This document shows positions 12,171-21,972 of a DNA stretch of 64,000 nucleotides, in pieces; positions within the stretch are counted from its first letter, which is position 1; each line of letters opens with the position of its first letter. The translations under genes were made by a program, and so were the position numbers. A model generated the notes under the pieces. That model saw only the letters and a list, made by a program, of their open reading frames with translations. It searched no databases and was not told the origin of the DNA. Origin of the DNA: Macrostomum hystrix (Eukaryota > Animalia > Platyhelminthes); assembly GCA_950097015.1 (NCBI GenBank), contig CATNEN010000001.1:8618001-8682000 (forward strand), given 5' to 3'.

Positions 12171-14569
12171 ATGGAAGCAACAAACTCTGGTAGTACAACT
12201 CATTTAGTTCAAAGTTATGATCCAGCAACCTCTGGGCCAACATTTCGCAGCCTGTTTAATCGTCTATTTCTAGTGCTAACTTTGGCCTTGCTGAATGCCT
12301 CCAATGCTGCCTTGTGGATCACATATTCGGCAATTGCTGATTATACACAACAATTTTATGGCATCACTGCTGACGGAGTTAACTGGCTAGCTTTAGTCTA
12401 TCCGATTGCGTCACTGGTGTTTGGCCTGCAAATTGCCTACTGTTTAGATAGGTGAATCATTTAGAAGATGTCTGTTACCAACAAGGCTATCTATGTACTC
12501 GTAGAATGCCATGAGCAATAAAAAACTAGATAAGAAGTTGATTGGAAATGACTGCAAGTGAAATGAATCAGAAAACATTAGAAGGTAAGGGATCAGAAAA
12601 GCTGGGAATATAGGGAGATCAGAAAAATATTGAATGAGAGGGAATCAGAATAATAGGAAGAGAAGGGGAATGGAAGAATAGAGAATAGGGAGGGTTCAAA
12701 ACAAACACGAAAAATTGGATCAGAAGAGAAGGGAATAGAATGGGATCAGAAGAAAAGGGAATATAATGGGATCAGAAGAAAAGGGAATATAATGGGATCA
12801 GAAGAAAAGGGAATATAATAGGATCAGAAGAGAAGGGAATAGAATGGGATCAGAAGAGAAGGCAATAGAATGGGATCAGAAGAGAAGGGAAGAGAATGGG
12901 ATCAAAAGAGAACGGGATCAGAAGAGAAGGGGATCTGAAGAAATTGGAATAGAAGGTTAGAAGAGATAGAATGAGAGGGGTCAGAATAGTTGGGAAGATA
13001 ATGGAGAGAAATGAAGCGGATGATAAGGATATGAGGATATCAGAAGCATGTTTTAACCACCCGACAATCTCGCAGGCTTGGCGTACGCACCGGGTTGCTA
13101 ATTGGCGCAGTCCTGAGTGCAGTTGGAGGCGGCATGCGTTACGCCAGTACAACTCTAGATCAGCCTTCATTTTACCTGGCCTTGGCTGGCCAAATACTGG
13201 CTTCAATTGCTCAGCCATTTTTTATGTTCTCTCCGACAGCAGCCGCGGCGGAATTCCCGCCTAGCCAGAGAGCAACGGCCAACACTTTGGGCTCCATGTC
13301 CAATCCGTTGGGCATTCTGCTAACTAACATTGTCTCGCCTCTGATTGTTAAAAGTAAAAGCGACCTGCCATTGGTCAGTCTGGTGTACTTCATAGCCGCA
13401 GCTGTAGCTTTGTTCTTTTCAATTTTTGCTTCATTATTTACTAGGCAGAGTAACTCTTTGGAGCATCAGCATGTTAATGAGCAGCAGCAGCAGCAGCAGC
13501 ATCTCACATTCTTTGCCAGCATTCGGGCTTGTCTAACTAATCGAGCATTCGGTTTCCTCCTATTGGCTGTCGGATCTGGTATGGGATTGTTCACGGCTTT
13601 GTCGGCACTGCTCGAACAGATTCTGTGTCCGTACGGCTATTCTGATCAGTTTGCTGGCATTTGTGGCGCTGTGCTGATTGGCGCCGGCTTGGTTGGAGCC
13701 GGTGTTGCTGGGGCTATTGCCGACATTACTAAACAGTTCATTACACTGTCTAAGGTAAGGTTAAGGTATTTATAGGTTAGCTATTATTCTAGCAATTAGA
13801 TTGAAACCGGTAAAGGGGATAACTTTCGCAGTCTAAGCTCCTCGTAAGATAATTTCCCATCTTGAGCCGTTTTATACATTCAAGGTAGTTTTTAGGGATT
13901 ATTTCCCGTAGAATTCCGTTTTTGGTAAAATTTGGTAACGTATGGGTATAATTTTCTTAGAGGGGATTTTTTTCGACTAATTTTAATTGATGTTTTGGGA
14001 TAATTTCCCATTCTATGCTATCTTTATATTATATTATAGGAGATAATCCCCTATACTCCACCCAGGTGTCATTTAGCCTTGCCGCGGCCACCTCCGCGAC
14101 CTTCGCCATGCTGATTGGCAGGCCGGATTCGCACGCCCTAGTTGCTAGCTCGGTGGCAGCATTCGGCGCATTCGGCTTCGCATTCTATCCAATCGCTTTG
14201 GAGCTCGGCGTGGAAGCCACTCATCCTGTTGGCGAAGCGGTCAGCACCGGCTTGTTGGTCCTAGCTGGCCAATTAGCATCGGTGTTTCTTATGCTAGGCG
14301 GTCAATTATTGGCTACACCGACTGCTGTGACTAAGCTCACTGCCTGCGCTGCACCGCCACCTATGGATTATAGTCTAGCCTGTCTGGTATTCGCTGGTAT
14401 AGCTGCCGCGCTAGCCATTCTCTACACTCTCATGTTTAATACCGATTATAAACGACAGCAGGCTGAGAAGCAACAGATGGAAGCTGCTAAAATTGCCGCT
14501 CAAAATATTAGCGAGGATGCGTCTAGCGGTCACACTCAGCAAAGTTTTGTTCCAACTGATCAAGCTTAA
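12171..14569 (+). CDS. SLC49A3: Major facilitator superfamily transporter, SLC49A3/MFSD7 (FLVCR family)-like, 3 exons
   Basis: Exons 12171-12451, 13076-13754 and 14066-14569 splice in frame via GT-AG introns. Motifs NAALWITYS, VNWLALVY, LDRLGVR, FPPSQRATANTLGSMSNPLG and LELGVEATHPVGE match the MFSD7/SLC49 family; many hydrophobic helices. Confidence 0.88.
12715..12940. repeat. 26-bp minisatellite GGGATCAGAAGAGAAGGGAATAGAAT (SLC49A3 intron 1)
   Basis: Tandem periodicity. Confidence 0.9.
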
Positions 14570-14747
14570 CTATCTGCGAAATTTAAAAACATGAACCAGG
14601 TCCACTGATTCAATGTCTTTTGATTTTTTGCGCATTGAAATTCAACCTTTGATTTTGAAAACTCATGTACAGACACATTTTTCTGTAAACTCGTATTCCA
14701 TGTAGCCTTTCAGATCATAGCCATTCTATCTCAGGTGAGTCTGTGAG

Positions 14748-15350
14748 CCTATCCCATAGACATCCTTTCCCATAGACATCCTTTCCCATAGACATCCTTT
14801 CCCATAGACACCCTATCCCATAGACACCCTATCCCATAGACACCCTATCCCATAGACATCCTATCCCGTAGACATACTTTCCCATAGACATCCTTTCCCA
14901 TAGACACCCTATCCCATAGACACCCTATCCCATAGACACCCTATCCCATAGACACCCTATCCCATAGACACCCTATCCCATAGACATCCTATCCCGTAGA
15001 CATACTTTCCCATAGACATCCTTTCCCATAGACACCCTATCCCATAGACACCCTATCCCATAGACACCCTATCCCATAGACACCCTATCCCATAGACATC
15101 TTTTCCCATAGACACCCTATCCCATAGACATCCTTTCCCATAGACACCCTATCCCATAGGCATCCTATCCCATAGACATACTTTCCCATAGACACCCTAT
15201 CCCATAGACACCCTATCCCATAGACACCCTATCCCATAGACACCCTATCCCATAGACACCCTATCCCATAGACACCCTATCCCATAGACACCCTATCCCA
15301 TAGACACCCTATCCCATAGACACCCTATCCCATAGACACCCTATCCCATT
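14748..15350. repeat. 16-bp minisatellite CCCTATCCCATAGACA
   Basis: Tandem periodicity. Confidence 0.95.
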
Positions 15351-15782
15351 GAAAATCTACCCCATTAGACACCCATCTATTAGAATCTATGATTTAATAG
15401 CCTCTAAAACGTGTTTGACATTTTCGTTGACATATTTTTGTTGTTTAAAAACTAGATTTTGTTTAATTTTTGCAATAATTTATGCTCTAACTAAGCAACT
15501 TTTGTAAATGATTTACTTGATCCGATTACACAGTTCTGTTCAAATCCCTTAAAGATTTTGTTTGTGATAATTCAATATAAGTTAAAAGATGTTTTCTATA
15601 TATATTTTCCTAACGAATATTTCGCCAACTTTTTTATATACATTTCTTAGATTTTGTCGAATTGTTGATACAAAATATAATAGAGTTTTCATTATTTCGT
15701 ATTTAGATATTTTTTAATCTGGAATTCGCTATTATATACTTTTCGATATTTAAGATTGAGTCATAGGCATAATAAAATACAA

Positions 15783-16490
15783 AATCCACCACAGCCCCAG
15801 CCTGACCCACCTACAGAATCCGCAGCCCCAGCCTGACCCACCTACAGAATCCACAGCCTCAGCCTGACCCACCTAGAGAATCCACCACAGCCCTAGCCTG
15901 ACCCACCTACAGAATCCACAGCCTCAGCCTGACCCACCTACAGAACCCACCACAGCCCAAGCCTGACCCACCTACAGAATCCGCAGCCCCAGCCTGACCC
16001 ACCTAGAGAATCCGCAGCCCCAGCCTGACCCACCTACAGAATCCACCACAGCCCTAGCCTGACCCACCTACAGAATCCGCAGCCCCAGCCTGACCCACCT
16101 AGAGAATCCGCAGCCTCAGCCTGACCCACCTACAGAATCCACCACAGCCCTAGCCTGACCCACCTACAGAATCCACAGCCTCAGCCTGACCCACCTACAG
16201 AATCCACCACAGCCCAAGCCTGACCCACCTAGAGAATCCGCAGCCTCAGCCTGACCCACCTACAGAATCCACCACAGCCCTAGCCTGACCCACCTACAGA
16301 ATCCACAGCCTCAGCCTGACCCACCTAGAGAATCCGCAGCCTCAGCCTGACCCACCTACAGAATCCACCACAGCCCTAGCCTGACCCACCTACAGAATCC
16401 GCAGCCCCAGCCTGAGACACCTACAGAATCCACCACAGCCCTAGCCTGACCCACCTACAGAATCCAGCACAGCCCCAGCCTACAGTCACC
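15783..16490. repeat. 31/34-bp minisatellite AGCCTGACCCACCTACAGAATCC(G/ACCA)CAGCCCC
   Basis: Tandem periodicity. Confidence 0.95.
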
Positions 16491-16577
16491 CACTTACAGC
16501 CGGATTTCTGTAATCCGCCAAAAAAATCGTTCACCCTTCTCTAACTGTGGTCACCCATCTATCTCTAATCTGCAGGC

Positions 16578-17327
16578 ATGAGTTCAAACTTGTCAGCGGT
16601 AGAACTATCGTCGCAGACTCAAACCAAAGTCGATAACGATACTCACCTATATTATAACAAAGACGACGATTTCGTCATTGTCGACGATCGTCTGCAACAA
16701 GCCGCTAGTTTAAGACGATCCGGTGAGCATCGGGCTGCTCTGCGCCTGCTAGCTAGTCTGCTAGACGATGTCGGACAACAGAACCAGCAGCAGCAGCGGC
16801 AGCATCTAGACTGTCGTCTGTCCCTATCAACACCAAGGGCGATGCGTTTGTCGGCTGAAATTCTCTTCGAAATTGGCGACTTAAAAGAAGCCAAAGAGTT
16901 CCTGCAGGCCGAGAAGATGTACTATAACGCCGAGGCAGCCTGTGCCGATCAGCTGATCAACGTGATCGATAGTCGATTAGCGGCCGAGTCCGCAATACCC
17001 GGCTGTCCGACGTCCATACTGCGAACCACCGGATCCGTCACGCCTTTCATGCCTAGACGAGTTCGATTTGCAAATATCAGATCAGCGAATTCTGATGCTG
17101 AATTGTCTGCTAATCATTCTTCTCCAGTTCTTGATGATAGTTTAATAAGCCAAAGTCTTCAACAAACTAGAAGGTTTATCGCTGTACAGAGTCAACATCG
17201 CGGATTGCTTAGCCTGTTAATTTTGTTGATTATTGGTTGGTTACTGTCTATTTGGATCTGGGATTGGACACCCTGGCGTAGCCTATTGGCTGTACGTTGG
17301 GCTGGCCGTGTTTTTGATATGGCATGA
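16578..17327 (+). CDS. Consortin-like protein (TPR-like helical region, SILK/RVxF PP1-docking motifs, C-terminal transmembrane helix), 249 aa
   Basis: Non-repetitive single-exon ORF with a branch point and acceptor (CTCTAAC...TGCAG|GCATG) just before the ATG. AEILFEIGDLKEAKEFLQAEKMYY resembles the consortin N-terminal domain. SILR is followed by RRVRF and a hydrophobic LLSLLILLIIGWLLSIWIW segment near the C-terminus, the same order as in vertebrate CNST. The family assignment is from memory, not from a search. Confidence 0.7.
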   Translation: MSSNLSAVELSSQTQTKVDNDTHLYYNKDDDFVIVDDRLQQAASLRRSGEHRAALRLLASLLDDVGQQNQQQQRQHLDCRLSLSTPRAMRLSAEILFEIGDLKEAKEFLQAEKMYYNAEAACADQLINVIDSRLAAESAIPGCPTSILRTTGSVTPFMPRRVRFANIRSANSDAELSANHSSPVLDDSLISQSLQQTRRFIAVQSQHRGLLSLLILLIIGWLLSIWIWDWTPWRSLLAVRWAGRVFDMA

Positions 17328-17424
17328 AATTTCTGCTTCAATTCGATCTTTCCTGTGTTTGGCTTTTAAACCTTTAAAGATTGCACTAGGCGTCTTAGAC
17401 GATAGACACCCTATTCCTTTGTCA

Positions 17425-17985
17425 ACCTATTCCATAGACACCTTACCTCAGACACCCTACCCTAACCCATAGACACCTTATCTCATAGACACCCTAACCT
17501 ATCGACACCCTAACCCATAGACACCCTATGCCATAGATACCATATCCCATAGACACCCTAACCTATAGACACCTTACCTCATAGACACCTTACCTCATAG
17601 ACACCTTACCTCATAGACACCTTACCTCATAGACACCTTACCTCATAGACACCCTAACCTATAGACACCTTACCTCATAGACACCTTACCTCATAGACAC
17701 CCTAACCTATAGACACCTTACCTCATAGACACCTTACCTCATAGACACCCTAACCTATAGACACCTTACCTCAGACACCCTACCCTAACCCATAGACACC
17801 TTATCTCATAGACACCCTAACCTATCGACACCCTAACCCATAGACACCCTATGCCATAGACACCATATCCCATAGACACCCTAACCTATAGACAACTTAC
17901 CTCATAGACACCCTAACCTATAGACACCTTACCTCATACACAGTATTACACAACTTACCTCATAGACACCCTAACCTACATTCAC
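17425..17985. repeat. 16/17-bp minisatellite CATAGACACC(TTACCT/CTAACC), related to 14748-15350
   Basis: Tandem periodicity; shares CATAGACACC with that array. Confidence 0.9.
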
Positions 17986-18834
17986 CTACTCCATAGATAT
18001 TCATACTTCAAAGAGTCCAGACTGTGAACCCCAAAGGTTGAATGTGGGAGTTGACCGTTGAACATATTTAATAACATTGTTTATCATTTAAAATCCAGCT
18101 TGTAGCAATTTTTTGCTACTACTTCTAATCTAGTATGTCAGTAGTCTGTACAGCATTGCATCCTACTATTTTATCAGATTCGGTATTTTATTGCTGTCAC
18201 AAAAAACATACGTCTTGTCATATTGGATTTTTTAATAATTTTTAAAAGTTTATTTTGAACTTTGAATGCAATAGAACAACTAAATAGCTGGCATAGGTTC
18301 ACAAGATGTTTCTGATAATGGTACACAACTAGCTTTGGTCTTCATCTGATCAGTTTTTTCTCGTATTTTAGTTTTATTTCTATGTCTTCCGTGACTCATG
18401 TTTCTAATCAAAATTTGTTAGTCAAGTACGCTTAAAATTGCATGTACACAAACTAACTCGCTGTCATCTGAATGATAGTCTCTGCAGTTATTTCTTGTGC
18501 AATCAATTAAAGTTTTCATATATTTAAAACTATATAATCTAGTTTATAGCTAATGTCTATTATCGGTTGGTAATGCAGATGCATGTAAAAAAAGAATTTA
18601 CACAGTGAAAATATAATATTTTTTAAGACCTTGTTGATTCTAAAAGTCTTTAAGGTTGACTCGCTGTAGCAACTCTTGGCTGCCATTTAATGTCTATTCG
18701 TTTTTCACTACTGAAATAGTAGTATTGTGCATTTGTTGCTTGGATTAAATACACTTTTGCAAATAAAAGACTATCAAAGTAGCGAAAAACCATGACGAGT
18801 CTGGGCCGAAGCTCTGAAAGACATCAAGAGTCAA

Positions 18835-19215
18835 AGCTGAAGCACTATATGAACTGAATGAAAAGTCAAGCTAGCTGAAGCGCTGAAGGACCCTGAGGAG
18901 TCGAGGCTGAAGCGCTGATGCCCCTGAAGAGTCAAGGCTGAAGCGCTGATGCCCCTGAAGAGTCAAGGCTGAAGCGCCGAAGGACCCTGAAGAGTCAAGG
19001 CTGAAGCGCCGAAGGACCCTGAAGAGTCAAGGCTGAAGCGCCGAAGGACCCTGAAGAGTCAAGGCTGAAGCGCCGAAGGACCCTGAAGAGTCAAGGCTGA
19101 AGTGCCGAAGGACCCTGAAGAGTCAAGGCTGAAGCGCAGAAGGACCCTGAAGAGTCAAGGCTGAAGCGCCGAAGGACCCTGAAGAGTCAAGGCAGAAGCG
19201 CAGAAGGACCCTGAA
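18835..19215. repeat. 32-bp minisatellite GCTGAAGCGCCGAAGGACCCTGAAGAGTCAAG
   Basis: Tandem periodicity. Confidence 0.92.
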
Positions 19216-20235
19216 GGGTATAGACTCAAGCAACTATGGACCATAAAGTTTTTCACCTAAAGCGTTGATGTATATTTCAGATGGTGAGCATCATTGTTAA
19301 AGGCCTGAGAGCCATTGCCAAGGTTTCAAAAAGCTAGAATATTGTATTTCATGTGGCATAAATATTTTTTATTCTAGACTATGACATTTTTTTGTATATA
19401 AAACTAAGTTTTTTAGCACTATAAAAGACCTCATTTTCAAACAGAGCTCAGAATTTCAGCAAATCCATGTCCGATTACTAATCAGTGACTATCATGGACA
19501 ATGGGAATGTCACTGGTGAATAATTTCTTGTGTTGCTTCAAGTGTCGCTTCGGGGTCACGTGTCAGGGTTTTTCAATTTTTTCTCCTAAAGAATTCATTT
19601 TTTTCATTCTATTTTGACATCACAAAAAAGCGTATGTCACAAAGCGTGTTTCTTCTGAGTTCAAAAGACATCTCACAACAGCATCTCGTGTTTCTCTACT
19701 TTTTATTTAAGAATGTAATTTAATTGCAAACTAGATGTAAAGAACGATGTCTTTTTGTCTTTAGAACACGGGCTAAATTTCTGTGCTCTATTTGATAAAG
19801 CATGTTCCAGAATCACTAATACCACAAATACATACATAGGCCTACTCGTAATTCAACTGCTCACAAAATTTCAACATGTTATATTACTTATATAGTTAAT
19901 TGGCTAAAACAGGCAAACACTCAAGCTTTATAGCTAAACTCTTAAATTAAATTGGAAATTAGAAGGAAACGGAAGTTGTTTCCATATAAAACAGGATCGT
20001 TTATTTCTAATCCCTCAAAAAAGAACAGATAAAATCTTTGCTAGCAAAAAACGCACTTCAACAATGCGTTGCTCGTTCATTGTTTCTTTAGCGAGTCGCG
20101 TGTCAAAAAAAATTAAGGACTTGATTTTGTATCGCTCTGTATACTGAAGTAAGACAAGAAGTTTGCAGCATGCAATAGACCCGTTATTTTTTAAGCAGAA
20201 TTTCAACTAAGCATGCGATGAATTGTTAAGGGTGA

Positions 20236-20566
20236 TAATAATATAATAATAATTGCAGGAGGGCTGCGGGCACATCATTTGGTGACACTAGACCCGCAGC
20301 CAGCGAGGAGGCAATTCTGCCCATTTCGCTGACTCCTGAGCACACACGCACACAGATGTGTACATCTGCCCTGACTTCCTCATCGTCAGGCAGTGTACAC
20401 TTCACTGTGCCTTGGAGGTTGGCCCTCAAGGGCGTAAATTGCATGACAAGCCCTCAAGCCTTCTCTCCGCGGCTGTGCCCCAAATTAATGTGGCCTCGCC
20501 GTAGAATCGAGCTCAGGGACCTCGGCACGAGAGGCAAACGCGTCAACCGCTCTGCCACCGACCCCC
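20236..20566 (-). mobile_element. tRNA-derived SINE family A, near full-length copy
   Basis: tRNA-like head with A-box TGGCAGAGCGG and B-box-like GAGCTCGATTC, (ATT)n tail, perfect 14-bp TSD ATTGTTAAGGGTGA (20222-20235, 20567-20580); several homologous copies in the window. Confidence 0.9.
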
Positions 20567-21379
20567 ATTGTTAAGGGTGAGTACACAGCATTGAACTGCG
20601 CTTCCAAATGCTGTGTACAACTAACTGTTCAGTCCATGGACTGGGGTTGGCCAACCCCTCATCCTGCAGATTCCTTCTTCAGCAATTTTTCCTCTTATCT
20701 CTGACAGTTTTTGTTAAATACAGCAAGGTACCTACATCAGCAACCCTTGGCTGCGAATTGTATATTTTCATATTGATCAGTCTTGTGGATTTCTGAACTA
20801 AATAAATTTACCGTTTATTTTTTCTCTATAATAGGTGAAAAGTTTCTGGTCGGTGTTTGTTGTTGAGGAGGATTCTGGTTGCCTAGTGTTTTCTGGTGTC
20901 AATAGTCACGCAGAGCCTACCTTAGGTCTTACTTTCAAATATGCATTTTTGCACGAGAAGGTTCAGTTGCTGACTAGCTGTCTGCGTAGCAATCAAACAA
21001 GGAAATAAATAAATAAAAGATTTCAGCGTGCAGAAGTGACAAATTTTATTCCGAAAAGCGTTTGATTAGTTCGATCTTGAAAACTAGCCCATCTGACAAT
21101 TCAGTCACGTTTACATCAAACAATTATAGTTAACAAAAAAACATTTTGCAATAGGACATTAACTTTATTGTTTCTTTTTTACGCCGACAATCTATACAAA
21201 AACTGGTTAATCTACTTTGACTAAACAAATTGATTATCATAAAATTTAAATCACTGCAAATAAAAATATCAGTGAATAAAAAACAAGTATTAAAAAGTCT
21301 GAAAAGTTGTTAATCAACAGAACACACCAGAAAAGTGCAAATATAGATAATTTATATCTTATCGACGTTAAACAAGACA

Positions 21380-21882
21380 ATGGAGGCTAGACTAGCAATC
21401 CATTCTGTTCCTTCATCCATTGGAGGCTAGACTAGCAATCCATTCTGTTCCTTCATCCATTGGAGGCTAGACTAGCAATCCATTCTGTTCCTTCATCCAT
21501 TGGAGGCTAGACTAGCAATCCATTCTATTCCTTCATCCATTGGAGGCTAGACTAGCAATCCATTCTGTTCCTTCATCCATTGGAGGCTAGGCTAGCAATC
21601 CATTCTATTCCTTCACCCATTGGAGGCTAGTCTAGCAATCCATTCTATTCCTTCATCCATTGGAGGCTAGACTAGTAATCCATTCTGTTCCTTCATCCAT
21701 TGGAGGCTAGACTAGCAATCCATTCTATTGCTTCACCCATTGGAGGCTAGACTAGCAATCCATTCTATTGCTTCACCCATTGGAGGCTAGACTAGCAATC
21801 CATTCTATTGCTTCACCCATTGGAGGCTAGACTAGCAATCCATTCTATTGCTTCACCCATTGGAGGCTAGACTAGCAATCCA
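21380..21882. repeat. 40-bp minisatellite just downstream of the six1/2 stop codon
   Basis: TGGAGGCTAGACTAGCAATCCATTCTGTTCCTTCATCCAT, about 12.5 copies. Confidence 0.95.
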
Positions 21883-21972
21883 CAGCATGGTTAGACACAG
21901 AAAACACATGCAAAAAAGCCAAAACTTAAAACATAAATTTCAGTCAGGTAATAAAATTTAACAACGCAACAG

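Noticed and set aside
17455-17980. Interstitial telomere
   Set aside because: CCCTAA occurs as isolated hexamers inside a 16/17-bp unit, not as a (CCCTAA)n tract.
20368-20395. Hammerhead-like core CUGACGA...GAAA in SINE family A
   Set aside because: Only 3 nt separate the two core motifs (no stem II), there is no NUH plus stem I partner, and the bases are sequestered in a simple hairpin.
21380-21882. CRISPR-like regular repeats (also 5045-6365, 15783-16490, 18835-19215)
   Set aside because: Head-to-tail units with no unique spacers, no cas genes, and a eukaryotic context.
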